This document shows, piece by piece, positions 27,102 through 41,453 of a DNA stretch of 64,000 nt. Numbering within the stretch: the stretch's first letter is position 1; each line of letters begins with the position of its first letter. A program made the translations under genes and the position numbers. This stretch comes from Eledone cirrhosa (taxonomy: Eukaryota), in the NCBI GenBank assembly GCA_964016885.1, contig OZ024764.1:3534001-3598000 (forward strand), written 5' to 3'. Under the pieces are notes generated by a model. That model was not told the DNA's origin. It ran no database searches and was given only the letters and a program-made list of their open reading frames with translations.

Positions 27102-29213
27102 ACTCTATATATACTATTGTATTGTCACAGTAAAGGCTTTACCTCACATAATATCTCACATAACATTTACATTACTCTATATATACTATTGTATTGTCAC
27201 AGTAAAGGCTTTACCTCACATAATATCTCACATAACATTTACATTACTCTATATATACTATTGTATTGTCACAGTAAAGGCTTTACCTCACATAACATTT
27301 ACATTACTCTATATATACTATTGTATTTTCACAGTAAAGGCTTTACCTCACATAATATCTCACATAACATTTACATTACTCTATATATACTATTGTATTT
27401 TCACAGTAAAGGCTTTACCTCACATAATATCTCACATAACATTTACATTACTCTATATATACTATTGTATTTTCACAGTAAAGGCTTTACCTCACATAAT
27501 ATCTCACATAACATTTACATTACTCTATATATACTATTGTATTGTCACAGTAAAGGCTTTACCTCACATAATATCTCACATAACATTTACATTACTCTAT
27601 ATATACTATTGTATTGTCACAGTAAAGGCTTTACCTCACATAATATCTCACATAACATTTACATTACTCTATATATACTATTGTATTTTCACAGTAAAGG
27701 CTTTACCTCACATAATATCTCACATAACATTTACATTACTCTATATATACTATTGTATTTTCACAGTAAAGGCTTTACCTCACATAATACCTCACATAAC
27801 ATTTACATTACTCTATATATACTATTGTATTTTCACAGTAAAGGCTTTACCTCACATAATATCTCACATAACATTTACATTACTCTATATATACTATTAT
27901 ATTTTCACAGTAAAGGCTTTACCTCACATAATATCTCACATAACATTTACATTACTCTATATATACTATTGTATTGTCACAGTAAAGGCTTTACCTCACA
28001 TAATATCTCACATAACATTTACATTACTCTATATATACTATTGTATTGTCACAGTAAAGGCTTTACCTCACATAATATCTCACATAACATTTACATTACT
28101 CTATATATACTATTGTATTGTCACAGTAAAGGCTTTACCTCACATAATATCTCACATAACATTTACATTACTCTATATATACTATTGTATTTTCACAGTA
28201 AAGGCTTTACCTCACATAATATCTCACATAACATTTACATTACTCTATATATACTATTGTATTGTCACAGTAAAGGCTTTACCTCACATAATATCTCACA
28301 TAACATTTACATTACTCTATATATACCATTGTATTTTCACAGTAAAGGCTTTACCTCACATAATATCTCACATAACATTTACATTACTCTATATATACTA
28401 TTGTATTGTCACAGTAAAGGCTTTACCTCACATAATATCTCACATAACATTTACATTACTCTATATATACTATTGTATTTTCACACTAAAGGCTTTACCT
28501 CACATAATATCTCACATAATATTTACATTACTCTATATATACTATTGTATTTCCAGAGTAAAGGCTTTACCTCACATAATATCTCGCATGACATATACAT
28601 TACTCTATATATACTATTGTATTTTCACAGTAAAGGCTTTACCTCACATAACATTTACATTACTCTATATATACTATTGTATTGTCACAGTAAAGGCTTT
28701 ACCTCACATAATATCTCGCATGACATATACATTACTCTATATATACTATTGTATTGTCACAGTAAAGGCTTTACCTCACATAATATCTCGCATGACATAT
28801 ACATTACTCTATATATACTATTGTATTGTCACAGTAAAGGCTTTACCTCACATAATATCTCGCATGACATATACATTACTCTATATATACTATTGTATTG
28901 TCACAGTAAAGGCTTTACCTCACATAATATCTCGCATAACATTTACATTACTCTATATATACTATTGTATTTTCACAGTAAAGGCTTTACCTCACAACTA
29001 ATATCTTAATCAAAATACGGCGTAAGCACTACTTACCAGCTATTTTTCAAGATCTCCGCTGTTTATAAACAAAGCTAAGCTTTTTATCTTATATAATGGA
29101 GTTTTAAATAAATTTAGAAAGGTCTTCAAAATGTTTTTAATTAAACATACGGTATATTGCCAAATATACTGTACATACATTCATGTATACATCGCTATTT
29201 CAGAGCATCAATA

Positions 29214-29247
<34 letters not shown>

Positions 29248-29335
29248 ATGTGGTGTTTAATATTGGGTTGAGTAATACATAATTTCCATGTGTGTGTGTT
29301 TGAAAGTGAGTGTATGTGTATCAATGTGCGTGTGT

Positions 29336-32300
29336 GTATGACAGTGTATTATATTGTGTGTATCTGTATGACAGTGTGTCTATCTGTATGACATTATGTG
29401 ACAGTGTGTCTATCTGTATGACAGTATGTGTGTCTGTATGACAGTGTGTGTGTCTGTATGACAGTGTGTCTATCTGTATGACAGTATGTGTGTCTGTATG
29501 ACAGTGTGTCTATCTGTATGACAGTATGTGTGTCTGTATGACAGTGTGTCTATCTGTATGACAGTGTGTCTATCTGTATGACAGTGTGTCTATCTGTATG
29601 ACAGTGTGTCTATCTGTATGACAGTATGTGTGTCTGTATGACAGTGTGTCTATCTGTATGACAGTGTGTCTATCTGTATGACAGTATGTGTGTCTGTATG
29701 ACAATGTGTCTATCTGTATGACAGTATGTGTGTCTGTATGACAGTGTGTCTATCTGTATGACAGTATGTGTGTCTGTATGACAGTGTGTCTATCTGTATG
29801 GCAGTGTGTCTATCTGTATGACAGTGTGTCTATCTGTATGGCAGTGTGTCTATCTGTATGACAGTGTGTCTATCTGTATGACAGTGTGTGTGTCTGTATG
29901 ACAGTGTGTCTATCTGTATGACAGTATGTGTGTCTGTATGACAGTGTGTCTATCTGTATGACAGTATGTGTCTGTATGACAGTGTGTCTATCTGTATGAC
30001 AGTATGTCTATCTGTATGACAGTGTGTCTATCTGTGTCTGTATGACAGTGTGTCTATCTGTATGACAGTATGTGTGTCTGTATGACAGTGTGTCTATCTG
30101 TATGACAGTGTGTCTGTATGACAGTGTGTCTATCTGTATGACAGTATGTGTGTCTATCTGTATGATAGTATGTGTGTCTGTATGACAGTGTGTCTATCTG
30201 TATGACAGTATGTGTGTCTGTATGACAGTGTGTCTATCTGTATGACAGTGTGTCTATCTGTATGACAGTGTGTCTATCTGTATGACAGTGTGTCTATCTG
30301 TATGACAGTATGTGTGTCTGTATGACAATGTGTCTATCTGTATGACATTATGTGTGTCTGTATGACAGTGTGTCTATCTGTATGACAGTATGTGTGTCTG
30401 TATGACAGTGTGTCTATCTGTATGGCAGTGTGTCTATCTGTATGACAGTGTGTCTATCTGTATGGCAGTGTGTCTATCTGTATGACAGTGTGTCTATCTG
30501 TATGACAGTGTGTGTGTCTGTATGACAGTGTGTCTATCTGTATGACAGTATGTGTGTCTGTATGACAGTGTGTCTATCTGTATGACAGTATGTGTCTGTA
30601 TGACAGTGTGTCTATCTGTATGACAGTATGTCTATCTGTATGACAGTGTGTCTATCTGTGTCTGTATGACAGTGTGTCTATCTGTATGACAGTATGTGTG
30701 TCTGTATGACAGTGTGTCTATCTGTATGACAGTGTGTCTGTATGACAGTGTGTCTATCTGTATGACAGTATGTGTGTCTATCTGTATGATAGTATGTGTG
30801 TCTGTATGACAGTGTGTCTATCTGTATGACAGTATGTGTGTCTGTATGACAGTGTGTCTATCTGTATGACAGTGTGTCTGTCTGTATGACAGTGTGTCTA
30901 TCTGTATGACAGTATGTGTGTCTGTATGACAGTGTGTCTATCTGTATGACAGTGTGTCTATCTGTATGACAGTATGTGTGTCTGTATGACAATGTGTCTA
31001 TCTGTATGACAGTATGTGTGTCTGTATGACAGTGTGTCTATCTGTATGACAGTATGTGTGTCTGTATGACAGTGTGTCTATCTGTATGACAGTGTGTCTA
31101 TCTGTATGACAGTGTGTCTATCTATATGACAGTATGTGTGTCTGTATGACAGTGTGTCTATCTGTATGACAGTATGTGTGTCTGTATGACAGTGTGTCTA
31201 TCTGTATGACAGTATGTGTCTGTATGACAGTGTGTCTATCTGTATGACAGTATGTCTATCTGTATGACAGTGTGTCTATCTGTGTCTGTATGACAGTGTG
31301 TCTATCTGTATGACAGTATGTGTGTCTGTATGACAGTGTGTCTATCTGTATGACAGTGTGTCTGTATGACAGTGTGTCTATCTGTATGACAGTATGTGTG
31401 TCTATCTGTATGATAGTATGTGTGTCTGTATGACAGTGTGTCTATCTGTATGACAGTATGTGTGTCTGTATGACAGTGTGTCTATCTGTATGACAGTGTG
31501 TCTGTCTGTATGACAGTGTGTCTATCTGTATGACAGTATGTGTGTCTGTATGACAGTGTGTCTATCTGTATGACAGTGTGTCTATCTGTATGACAGTGTG
31601 TGTGTCTGTATGACAGTGTGTCTATCTGTATGACAGTATGTGTGTCTGTATGACAGTATGTCTATCTGTATGACAGTATGTGTGTCTGTATGACAGTGTG
31701 TCTATCTGTATGACAGTATGTGTGTCTGTATGACAGTGTGTCTATCTGTATGACAGTATGTGTGTCTGTATGACAGTGTGTCTATCTGTATGACAGTGTG
31801 TCTGTATGACAGTGTGTCTATCTGTATGACAGTATGTGTGTCTGTATGACAGTGTGTCTATCTGTATGACAGTATGTGTGTCTGTATGACAGTGTGTCTA
31901 TCTGTATAACAGTATGTGTGTCTGTATGACAGTGTGTCTATCTGTATGACAGTGTGTCTATCTGTATGACAGTGTGTCTGTCTGTATGACAGTGTGTCTA
32001 TCTGTATGATAGTATGTGTGTCTGTATGACAGTGTGTCTATCTGTATGACAGTATGTGTGTCTGTATGACAGTGTGTCTATCTGTATGACAGTGTGTCTG
32101 TCTGTATGACAGTGTGTCTATCTGTATAACAGTATGTGTGTCTGTATGACAGTGTGTCTATCTATATGACAGTGTGTGTGTCTGTATGACAGTGTGTCTA
32201 TCTGTATGACAGTATGTGTGTCTGTATGACAGTGTGTCTATCTGTATAACAGTATGTGTGTCTGTATGACAGTGTGTCTATCTGTATGACAGTATGTGTG

Positions 32301-33778
32301 TCTGTATGACAGTGTGTCTATCTGTATGACAGTGTGTCTGTCTGTATGACAGTGTGTCTATCTGTATGACAGTGTGTCTGTCTGTATGACAGTGTGTCTA
32401 TCTGTATGACAGTATGTGTGTCTGTATGACAGTGTGTCTATCTGTATGACAGTGTGTGTGTCTGTATGACAGTGTGTCTATCTGTATGACAGTATGTCTA
32501 TCTGTATGACAGTATGTGTGTCTGTATGACAGTGTGTCTATCTGTATGCCAGTATGTGTGTCTGTATGACAGTGTCTATCTGTATAACAGTATGTGTGTC
32601 TGTATGACAGTGTGTCTATCTGTATGACAGTATGTGTGTCTGTATGACAGTATGTGTGTCTGTATGACAGTGTGTCTATCTGTATGACAGTGTGTCTATC
32701 TGTATGACAGTATGTGTGTCTGTATGACAGTGTGTCTATCTGTATGACAGTATGTATGTCTGTATGACAGTGTGTCTATCTGTATGACAGTATGTGTGTC
32801 TGTATGACAGTGTGTCTATCTGTATGACAGTGTGTCTATCTGTATGACAGTATGTGTGTCTGTATGACAGTTTGTCTATCTGTATGACAGTGTGTCTATC
32901 TGTATGACAGTGTGTCTATCTGTATGACAGTATGTGTGTCTGTATGACAGTGTGTCTATCTGTATGACAGTATGTGTGTCTGTATGACAGTGTGTCTATC
33001 TGTATGACAGTATGTGTGTCTGTATGACAGTGTGTCTATCTGTATGACAGTGTGTCTGTATGACAGTGTGTCTATCTGTATGACAGTATGTGTCTGTATG
33101 GCAGTGTGTCTATCTGTATGACAGTGTGTCTATCTGTATGACAGTATGTGTGTCTGTATGACAGTGTGTCTATCTGTATGACAGTATGTGTGTCTGTATG
33201 ACAGTGTGTCTATCTGTATGACAGTGTGTCTGTATGACAGTGTGTCTATCTGTATGACAGTATGTGTCTGTATGGCAGTGTGTCTATCTGTATGACAGTG
33301 TGTCTATCTGTATGACAGTATGTGTGTCTGTATGACAGTGTGTCTATCTGTATGACAGTATGTGTGTCTGTATGACAGTTTGTCTATCTGTATGACAGTG
33401 TGTCTATCTGTATGACAGTGTGTCTATCTGTATGACAGTATGTGTGTCTGTATGACAGTGTGTCTATCTGTATGACAGTATGTGTGTCTGTATGACAGTG
33501 TGTCTATCTGTATGACAGTATGTGTGTCTGTATGACAGTATGTGTGTCTGTATGACAGTGTGTCTATCTGTATGACAGTATGTGTGTCTGTATGACAGTG
33601 TGTCTATCTGTATGACAGTATGTGTGTCTGTATGACAGTGTGTCTATCTGTATGACAGTATGTGTGTCTGTATGACAGTGTGTCTATCTGTATGACAGTA
33701 TGTGTGTCTGTATGACAGTGTGTCTATCTGTATGACAGTATGTGACAGTGTGTGTGTCTGTATGACAGTGTATGTGTC
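29336..33778. repeat. 20-bp minisatellite (about 220 units)
   Basis: TCTGTATGACAGTGTGTCTA alternating with TCTGTATGACAGTATGTGTG. Confidence 0.97.
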
Positions 33779-33867
33779 AACTGTAGAGTTACAGGCAGAA
33801 ATAGGAATAAAGCCAAATCTAAGCCCAGCAGCTATTATCATAAGTGGTAAAATAAGAGTTTACTTAC

Positions 33868-36800
33868 CAATAGTTGTCATAACTGTAATGGCATAGAGCA
33901 GGGAGCTGGCGTAGGACCACTTTAAATCTCGTTCATTCGAGTCATTAGAATAATACCTATCAAACTTCGTTGCATTGTGGACCTTAAGTTCAAACTTTCT
34001 TAATTCTTGATCTAGCAACGTTTGAAATTTTGTTACTGATTGTTTACCAAGTTTGGACTCATTTGAGAGTTGGTTGATCCTGATAACAGCCTTCACGCGC
34101 AGGTCGGTGATGTTCACAGCTTTTTCGTTCTCATAAGGTCCTTCAATAGCTTGGAACACAAAACCCCCCATTATTGAGTAGGCTACCACCAGAGAACAGA
34201 GCCCGATATGTGAGAAGAGGAAAGCAATGAATTTTTTTATGCAGCTGAGGATTTTGCGACGTCTCTCACGCATTCGGAATGCCTTGCTCTCTCGCCGCAG
34301 CTGGGCACGCTTTGCTTGGAACTCAGGGTCGTCCTCTTTCGGCTGCTTTGAGCCATCAATTTTTTCATACATACCTCCACCGCCAACGGCCTGCTTTGTA
34401 TCGTCATCAACGAGTGCCGTCTCCCGGATGTCAAGGGGCTTGAAGAGGTTTGCCTCATTCTCCATGGTGAGAGGAGTGTCGAGGGGTTGGCGCACTAGTT
34501 GATTCAATAAATTCAATTCTCTCAATTCGTTGACGGAGCCAATGTCTTCGTTGTCAAGTTCGAAGCCAATCCTGAGTCGTCTCTGGCGTGCCAGTCTGTT
34601 CTTCAAGAGGACCACAGCTGACAGAGACAGTCCTCCACCAACACCAATGCCACCTACAAATTTGTCTATCTTTCGAACTTCTCCAGTGCCACCATCCTCT
34701 TCATAACTGGCCTCCACATCCAGCTTGATGCCCGCCAAGTGTTCTCCAAGTAATACAGTCTGTGTGGAAGCATGTGGTGGCCCATTATAGGTGTCGTCAT
34801 TCTTCGAGGTGACATTATCTGATTTCTTTACTTTCCGACTCGCTTTCTTCTCTTTCTTTGATTTCTTCTTCTCAAGTTCCTTCTTTTTCTCCACAGCTTT
34901 GTCCTTGCTCTTTCCTTTCAAAGACCATCTTTTTGTCTTGCTTTTCTCCTTCGTCTTGCTCTCCTCAGCCACGTCTACCTTGGTGTCCAGCAGACATTCT
35001 TTCTCTCCGGCCTTCTCCAGTGCTGATTCAGATGATGTCATCTTGTCACCCTTTCTCAGCATCCCGGAACCTGCTCCCACTCTTCCTCCTGAGGACGAGC
35101 GACCACACCGTCTCAATGCTGCCTTCTCATCGTAACCCCCTTTTCTTCCAGCCTCTCCGAACATCCCAATATTCTCGGCACTAATCCGCGTGATCTTCCG
35201 CATGGAATCTGTCTTCACAAGGACCTCAGGAATACGTGGGATTATCGGACGTTTCGAGGCGTCCCTTTCTGAAAACGAACGCTGGACTTTCACATTCTTC
35301 TTTTTCTTCACCTTCTCCGTATTCACGTCTGTCGTTTCTTTGGCTGCCTCTCTCTGGAGAGCTTCCGTGGCTGTCACACAAGGTTTTGTGTCAATTTCCG
35401 GGAAAAACATTCTATTAGTGGCCGCTTTCCGAGATCCTATCTTCATTTCGTGGATTTTATCAAGCCATGTCGTACCGCTACTGAGAGCACTTCCACCCAC
35501 ACCGGTTGTGTGTGGACGTTGCTGCTGCTGTTGGTGGTGTTTGTGGGGCTGGGAGTCAATAGCGGCTGTGTTAGGAGAGGGACTTCTTGAAGAAGAAGAG
35601 GACAGAGCGGCCGGACTTGACCCACCGTCCGTGCTCACCGAGGAGGAACAGCTCTTTTGACTGCTGCCGGTGGTGGCGCCGCTGACTGGAGACAGAGCTG
35701 GACTCTTTGAGGGAGACTTCGACGAGGCAGACCTCGAGTGTGAGTTTAGACTGTGAGGTGAGACGGACTCATCGTCCGTGGAGAACCTCTGTGGTATTGT
35801 GATTGTAAGTCGAGTGGGGTCAACAGGTGGGGCATGGTGGTGGTGGTGGTGGCCAGGAGTGGTGGTGGCGGTGGCGGTGTGGTGGTGATGGTGGTGGTGG
35901 CTACTGGTCTTCTTTGCACTGCCTGACCTCGACAGGTGATCCTCTTTCGGCAGGTCGGAAGAGGGGGTCGTCCCGCCACCGCCAGTTGGAATGGGTGTCA
36001 CATGACTTGGTTTGGTGTTGGAGGAGGGTGGAATGAAAGGTGGTGTGTCGCGGGGCTTGCGGCGCGCAGGTGACCCCGATCTCGAATCTCCGTAATAATC
36101 CTCTGGTTTAGACACCTTAATTGTTGGAGACTGCACGGATTTCTCCGGAGATTGTGATCCGTATCGGTCCGAACGTCCGGAAGACGGAGTCCTCTCATAG
36201 CGGGAGGATGAGAAAGATGTCGGACTTCTCTCGATGACCTGAGTCACATGACCCGGCTTTCTTTCCCTGCCTCGTGCAGCCCTCCTCGTTGTCGTTGTAT
36301 CGCCCTCTAAGTCGCTCATGTCCTGGTCCCCCGCTGGGCCATCGCCATCATCATCATCTTCGTCATCACCAGCACGGAGGCCAGTAGATTTCCTATCCCT
36401 GAGAGAATGGTGCGGTGGGGAGAAAGTCCTCTTGTATTTCTGTTGTTGTTGTTGCCGTGACAACGAGGAAGGGAATGTAGGCTGTTGGTGGGGGGAGGGT
36501 ATGTCGTCGTCGATATCATCATCATAGAAGACCGAGGAGCTGTCTGGTGATATCGGACTGACAGCGAGCTCTTCACTGTTGTTGCTTGCCATTCTCCTAG
36601 AGCGTTTGTGTTCCACACTTTCACCTCTCCTTGTACCCCTAGGAGAGGAAGTGGAGGAAGGTTTCTCTCTCGACTCCGAGTACCTCGGATGTCGTGTCTC
36701 TTTCTCCGTCTCTTCCTTCGTGCTATGACGAGACCGGCCTCTCGGTGACACACTCCTCGTGTCTTTTGCGACACCCAGAAAGGAATATTGGGATTTTCCT

Positions 36801-37698
36801 TTTCCATGTGTGCCACCAAATTCCTCCGTTGTCGCTTCACAGTCCTTTACAGCCTGCAATAAGTTCGAAGTCGACCTCTTCAGTTGATTGTATTTATCGA
36901 CTGCGAGCTTGTCCTGCTCGGTGCCTCCATCTTGTCGCGCGGAAAAAGGCGAGGCGGTCTTACTCAGTTCCATAAACAAGGTGTGTGGTTCGTTCATGTC
37001 AGAATCATCACCACAACCATCATAATCATCGTCCTCACCATCATCTGAGTCGTGGTATACTCTTTGTTGCTTCTCGGCACCCCTCCGTGCAGTTTTCCCC
37101 GAGTCTTGCTCCCGTGTCTCTCTTTGAGTCTTTTCCATTGACTTTGTTCTTCGATCACGAAGCTTCTTCGTCTTTGACGTCTCATTGCTAGCCGAAAAGG
37201 ACCGCACCACCTTTGGTGTTGTCCGAGAACGTGACTCGCTTCTCTCCCTCTTTGGAGACTTTGACCGGCTCTGCTGTCGCTTCCTCTCTCTCGATCCCGA
37301 GGTCCCGCCCTTCACTTTAGTGCTCGGTGACCTTGAACCCGCAGACGGCGAGCGCTTTGTGTGCCGCGTAACTGAGGGAGACGAGGGTGCTGGCGTCGCC
37401 TTCTTCTCTGTGTGTTTGATGTCCCTACCAACACGTATATACCTCACGGGCTCTCCTCCCTTCTCTTTCGGGAGCACCCCTTTACTGCCACCACTCCCTT
37501 TCGTGGCATCCTTGTTCCGTGAAGGGGTCGCGGTGGACTTCACAACTTTGTGTAATTTGTCTGGCGTACGTCGGCGGACCTCCTTAGCAACGGCGGACCT
37601 GGTCGTCGCCGGGGAGGAAGGTGTGGGGGTAAAGTCGTCGTCCATGTGAAGGTCAGGTGTGGAAACAGAGAGAGCACGTACTGAACCATCGTCATCAT

Positions 37699-37743
<45 letters not shown>

Positions 37744-38386
37744 AATGGCGATCCTTACTTCCCTTAGTGCCAGAGTGGGACCGCAGTTCATTCACCCTTC
37801 TCTGCTTCCGAGTCGATGAGGAGCTGGGCAGCGCATGGGCTGATGACATCCACTTTACTCTCTTCTCCATGCGAGCTTCCTTCACAGTCATCCTGCGTAG
37901 TCGGTCGCGAGGCCTGCTGCTCACTGGGCCGACACCACTACTGCCTTCGTCGTCGCTAACGACAGCCCGCGGGTCAAGTGCTGCCTGTGTGCCCCATTCT
38001 GGAGCAACATGGCCCCCGCTGCCACTACCAAATTCCAGCTCCCCTCCCCCACCAGCATCGTCACCGCCATTCACGACACTCTTGGTGGGGCTGCGTGTGC
38101 CGCTTGAAGAGCGGCTCCTCTTAAAGAAACTCAGTTTTTTCTGTTTTGTAGATCCATTCTTCCGCTCCAGGGGTGAACTTGGATCTGTGACTGCAGGGGC
38201 TGTGGTGGCAGATGGGGAGCAAGGGGGCGGTGACGGGGATTGAGGTTCCATCCCACTTCCAGTCCTCTCACCTTTCATTGTGCCACCACCACTGCTGCCC
38301 GCTCTTTTCAACTGCTTCCCCGAGTTGTCTCCCTTGGTGGAAGGTATCTCTTTCTCTTTGTCTCTGTGTCTCTCTTTAGAACTCAT
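33868..38386 (-). CDS. First coding exon of a two-pore-domain (K2P/TWiK-family) potassium channel with a very long low-complexity N-terminus
   Basis: 1508-codon ORF; C-terminal part has M1 (FLFSHIGLCSLVVAYSIMGGFVFQAIE), a cap region and pore helix WSYASSLLYAITVMTTIG, then donor G|GTAAGT at 33867 interrupting the GYG filter; acceptor TTTTGTGTCTTAG|G at 38449; in-frame TAA upstream of the ATG. Downstream exons were not found in the window. Confidence 0.88.
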
Positions 38387-38472
38387 TCTCGCGAATCCTT
38401 ACGCATTTGTCCTCCATCGGCTAAAGTCCTTCGCCAACACACCATTTCCTAAGACACAAAAGACACACATCT

Positions 38473-38544
<72 letters not shown>

Positions 38545-39119
38545 ATATGACTGTGAAACTATCAGTTCCTTCAATATCCAGCTAACACCATCAATTAAAA
38601 CATATTATTTTCTGAGAAAAAATATTTTTACTCTTTGCTCACATGTATTGAGTAGTGAACCAGTTAAATTTAATGTTTCACTGGTTATACTCACTATTTA
38701 TGTATGTATGTATGTATATATATGTGTGTATATAAGTGTGTATATATATATATAAATATATATATATAAAATTTATATAGGTTATATTTTTATATATAAT
38801 TTTTGGTGTTTCTTAGCAATTTCTTTTTCATTCCTGTTCCTTTAATAGTTTGGTTCTGTTGATCCTCCAATCATTGTCGTATTTTCCATAAATTTGGCCA
38901 ATATATTCCGTAGTTTCCATTGACACGTCACACAGAATGTCACCAAAAACATCACTGGTATTGTTTTCATTTATATTTTCCTCTGAAATTAAGACATTAC
39001 TGAACGTTAAGGATAAAACATTTCCATATTGGTGTTATCAATATATACAGTTCTGAGATTCTGTCACATGTAAAGAGAGAGGAATAGTATGAGGTAGTCA
39101 AACTCTTTATGTCTGTTAA

Positions 39120-40492
39120 CTGTGTGAATGTATGTGTGCGTCTGTGTAAATGTATGTCTGTGTCTGTGTATGAATGTATGTGTGTGTTTGTGTGAATGTA
39201 TGTGTGTGTCTGTGTGAATGTATGTGTGTGTTTGTGTGAATGTATGTGTGTATGTCTGTGTGAATGTATGTGTGTGTTTGTGTGAATGTATGTGTGTATG
39301 TCTGTGTGAATGTATGTGTGTGTTTGTGTGAATGTATGTGTGTCTGTGTGTGAATGTATGTGTGTGTCTGTGTGTGAATGTATGTGTGTGTTTGTGTGAA
39401 TGTATGTGTTTGTGTCTGTGTGTGAATGTATGTGTTTGTGTATGAATGTATGTGTGTGTCTGTGTATGAATGTATGTGTGTGTCTGTGTGAATGTATGTG
39501 TGTCTGTGTATGAATGTATGTGTGTGTTTGTGTGAATGTATGTGTGTGTCTGTGTGAATGTATGTGTGAGTCTGTGTGTGAATGTATGTGTGTGTTTGTG
39601 TGAATGTATGTGTGTGTCTGTGTGTGAATGTATGTGTTTGTGTATGAATGTATGTGTGTGTTTGTGTGAATGTATGTATGTGTGTGTTTGTGTGAATGTA
39701 TGTGTGTTTGTGTGAATGTATGTGTGTTTGTGTATGAATGTATGTGTGTGTCTGTGTATGTTTGTGCGAATGTATGTGTGTCTGTGTGAATGTATGTGTG
39801 TGTTTGTGTGAATGTATGTGTGTTTGTGTGTGTCTGTGTGTGAATGTATGTGTGTGTCTGTGTGAATGTATGTGTGTGTTTGTGTGAATGAATGTGTATT
39901 TGTGTGAATGTATGTGTATTTGTGTGTATGTATGTATGTGTGTGTCTGTGTGTGAATGTATGTGTGTGTTTGTGTGAATGTGTGTGTGTTTGTGTGAATG
40001 TATGTGTGTGTCTGTGTGAATGAATGTGTGTGTTTGTGTGAATGTATGTGTGTGTCTGTGTATGTATGTATGTGTATGTCTGTGTATGAATGTATGTGTG
40101 TCTGTGTATGAATGCATGCGTGTGTTTGTGTGAATGTATGTGTGTTTGTGTGAATGTATGTGTGTGTTTGTGTGAATGTATGTGTGTTTGTGTGTGTGTC
40201 TGTGTGTGAATGTATGTGTGTGTATGTGTAGGAATGTATGTGTGTGCATGTGTATGAATGTATGTGTGTGTCTGTATGAATGTATGTGTGTGTCTGTGTA
40301 TGAACGTATGTGTGTGTCTGTGTGAATGTATGTGTGTGTGTAAATGAATGTGTCTGTGTAAATGTATGTGTGTGTGTTTGTGTAAATGTGTGTGTGTGCG
40401 TTTGTATGTGTGTGAGTTTGTGTAAATGTGTGTTCGTGTGTGTAAATGTATGTGTGTTTGTGTAAATGTATGTGTGTGTGTGTGTTTGTGTA
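39120..40492. repeat. Degenerate (TGTGTGAATGTA)-type low-complexity array
   Basis: GT-rich repeats with recurring GAATGTATG. Confidence 0.95.
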
Positions 40493-40848
40493 AACGCCAG
40501 AGGTCACGGTCGTGTGTCATCACCATTGAGAGGTGTAATTGGGCAAGGTCGACTTTTATCACCTCATCCCAAGTCCTCCTGGGTCTCCCCATTCCACGGC
40601 TTCCATCGACTTCTAGTACTCTTCACCTTTTTATGCAGCTGTCATCCTTCATACACATCTCATGTCCATACCAATTCAACCTCCTCTCCTGCACACTGCA
40701 TCTGATTCCTTTTATGCTCAGTCTCTCTCTCAATTCCTTTATGCTTTGCCATTCACATATATTACTATTACACATCCATCGGAGCATGCAGGCTTCGTTT
40801 CTTTCTAATCTGCGCAAGTCTTCTACAGACAACGCCCAAGTCTCACTA
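40493..40848 (-). mobile_element. RTE-clade LINE 3' coding fragment
   Basis: SETWAL..LERNEACMLRWMC..ERRLNWYGH..GRPRRTWDEVIKVD..DRDLWR. Confidence 0.85.
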
Positions 40849-41301
40849 ACATATGTATATATATATATATAATACATTATGAAGAGAGAAGAAACATTAG
40901 ATATAATTAGTAATAAGATATATCATACCTAAACTGCTTCATTAGTCCCCGACTACGTAGTTTCGTGGCATATTATGCAAAAACACTACATCATAGAGAT
41001 ATAGAGTTTTTATGAGGTTCTGCTGACTTATCAAGGAGATACCTCATTAAGGGTTTCAAAACACGTCTGTGATGCGTGAGATAGAATCTCGAAAAGGCGG
41101 AGGGGGAGTCAATCACGTGATACAGCGGTCAAGAAACAGAGCTAAGCCCCTTATAACCCTGAAAAAAATACCACGGAGGCGGAGGGGGTATTTATATCAA
41201 AGCCGTAGAAGAGGTGGTTTGAGGAGGAGAGAAGTATGAGTAATGGTAGCTATCCAACAGTCACTACACTTCAAAGGTTACTCGACCAAAGGGAGTTATA
41301 A

Positions 41302-41453
41302 ACAATATATAGAGAGAAACACACAGATACATGCGGACACATACATACACATGTACATCGGTTGAGGTTGGTACCACTAACTCAGGGATATATGTGGATA
41401 TATTCATGTGTATGTATGTGTCCGCATGTATCTGTGTGTTTCTCTATATATTG
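41302..41453. repeat. Fold-back inverted repeat (about 50-bp arms)
   Basis: CAATATATAGAGAGAAACACACAGATACATGCGGACACATACATACACATG versus its reverse complement at 41405-41453. Confidence 0.85.

Larger units (their letters stand above)
21540..28996 (+). repeat. 72-bp satellite array 1 (MITE-derived; right MITE end not seen), with two LTR elements
   Basis: Starts TTAA|CCCTTTAACATTTA; unit ACATTTACATTACTCTATATATACTATTGTATTKTCACAGTAAAGGCTTTACCTCACATAATATCTCACATA, with 60-bp variants. Confidence 0.95.

Noticed and set aside
27057-29009. 650-aa, 572-aa (55553) and similar HSKGFTSHNISHNIYITLYILLY repeat ORFs
   Set aside because: The 72- and 60-bp units are multiples of 3 and happen to lack stops in one frame; they derive from a MITE and show no gene structure.
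29030-29100. Minus-strand donor-like CTG|GTAAGT as the next channel exon
   Set aside because: The upstream sequence does not encode the expected YG-M2 continuation, and no convincing acceptor was found.
37690-37746. (GAT)n in the channel exon as a possible SINE/RTE tail
   Set aside because: No SINE body adjacent; it is an in-frame poly-Asp tract.
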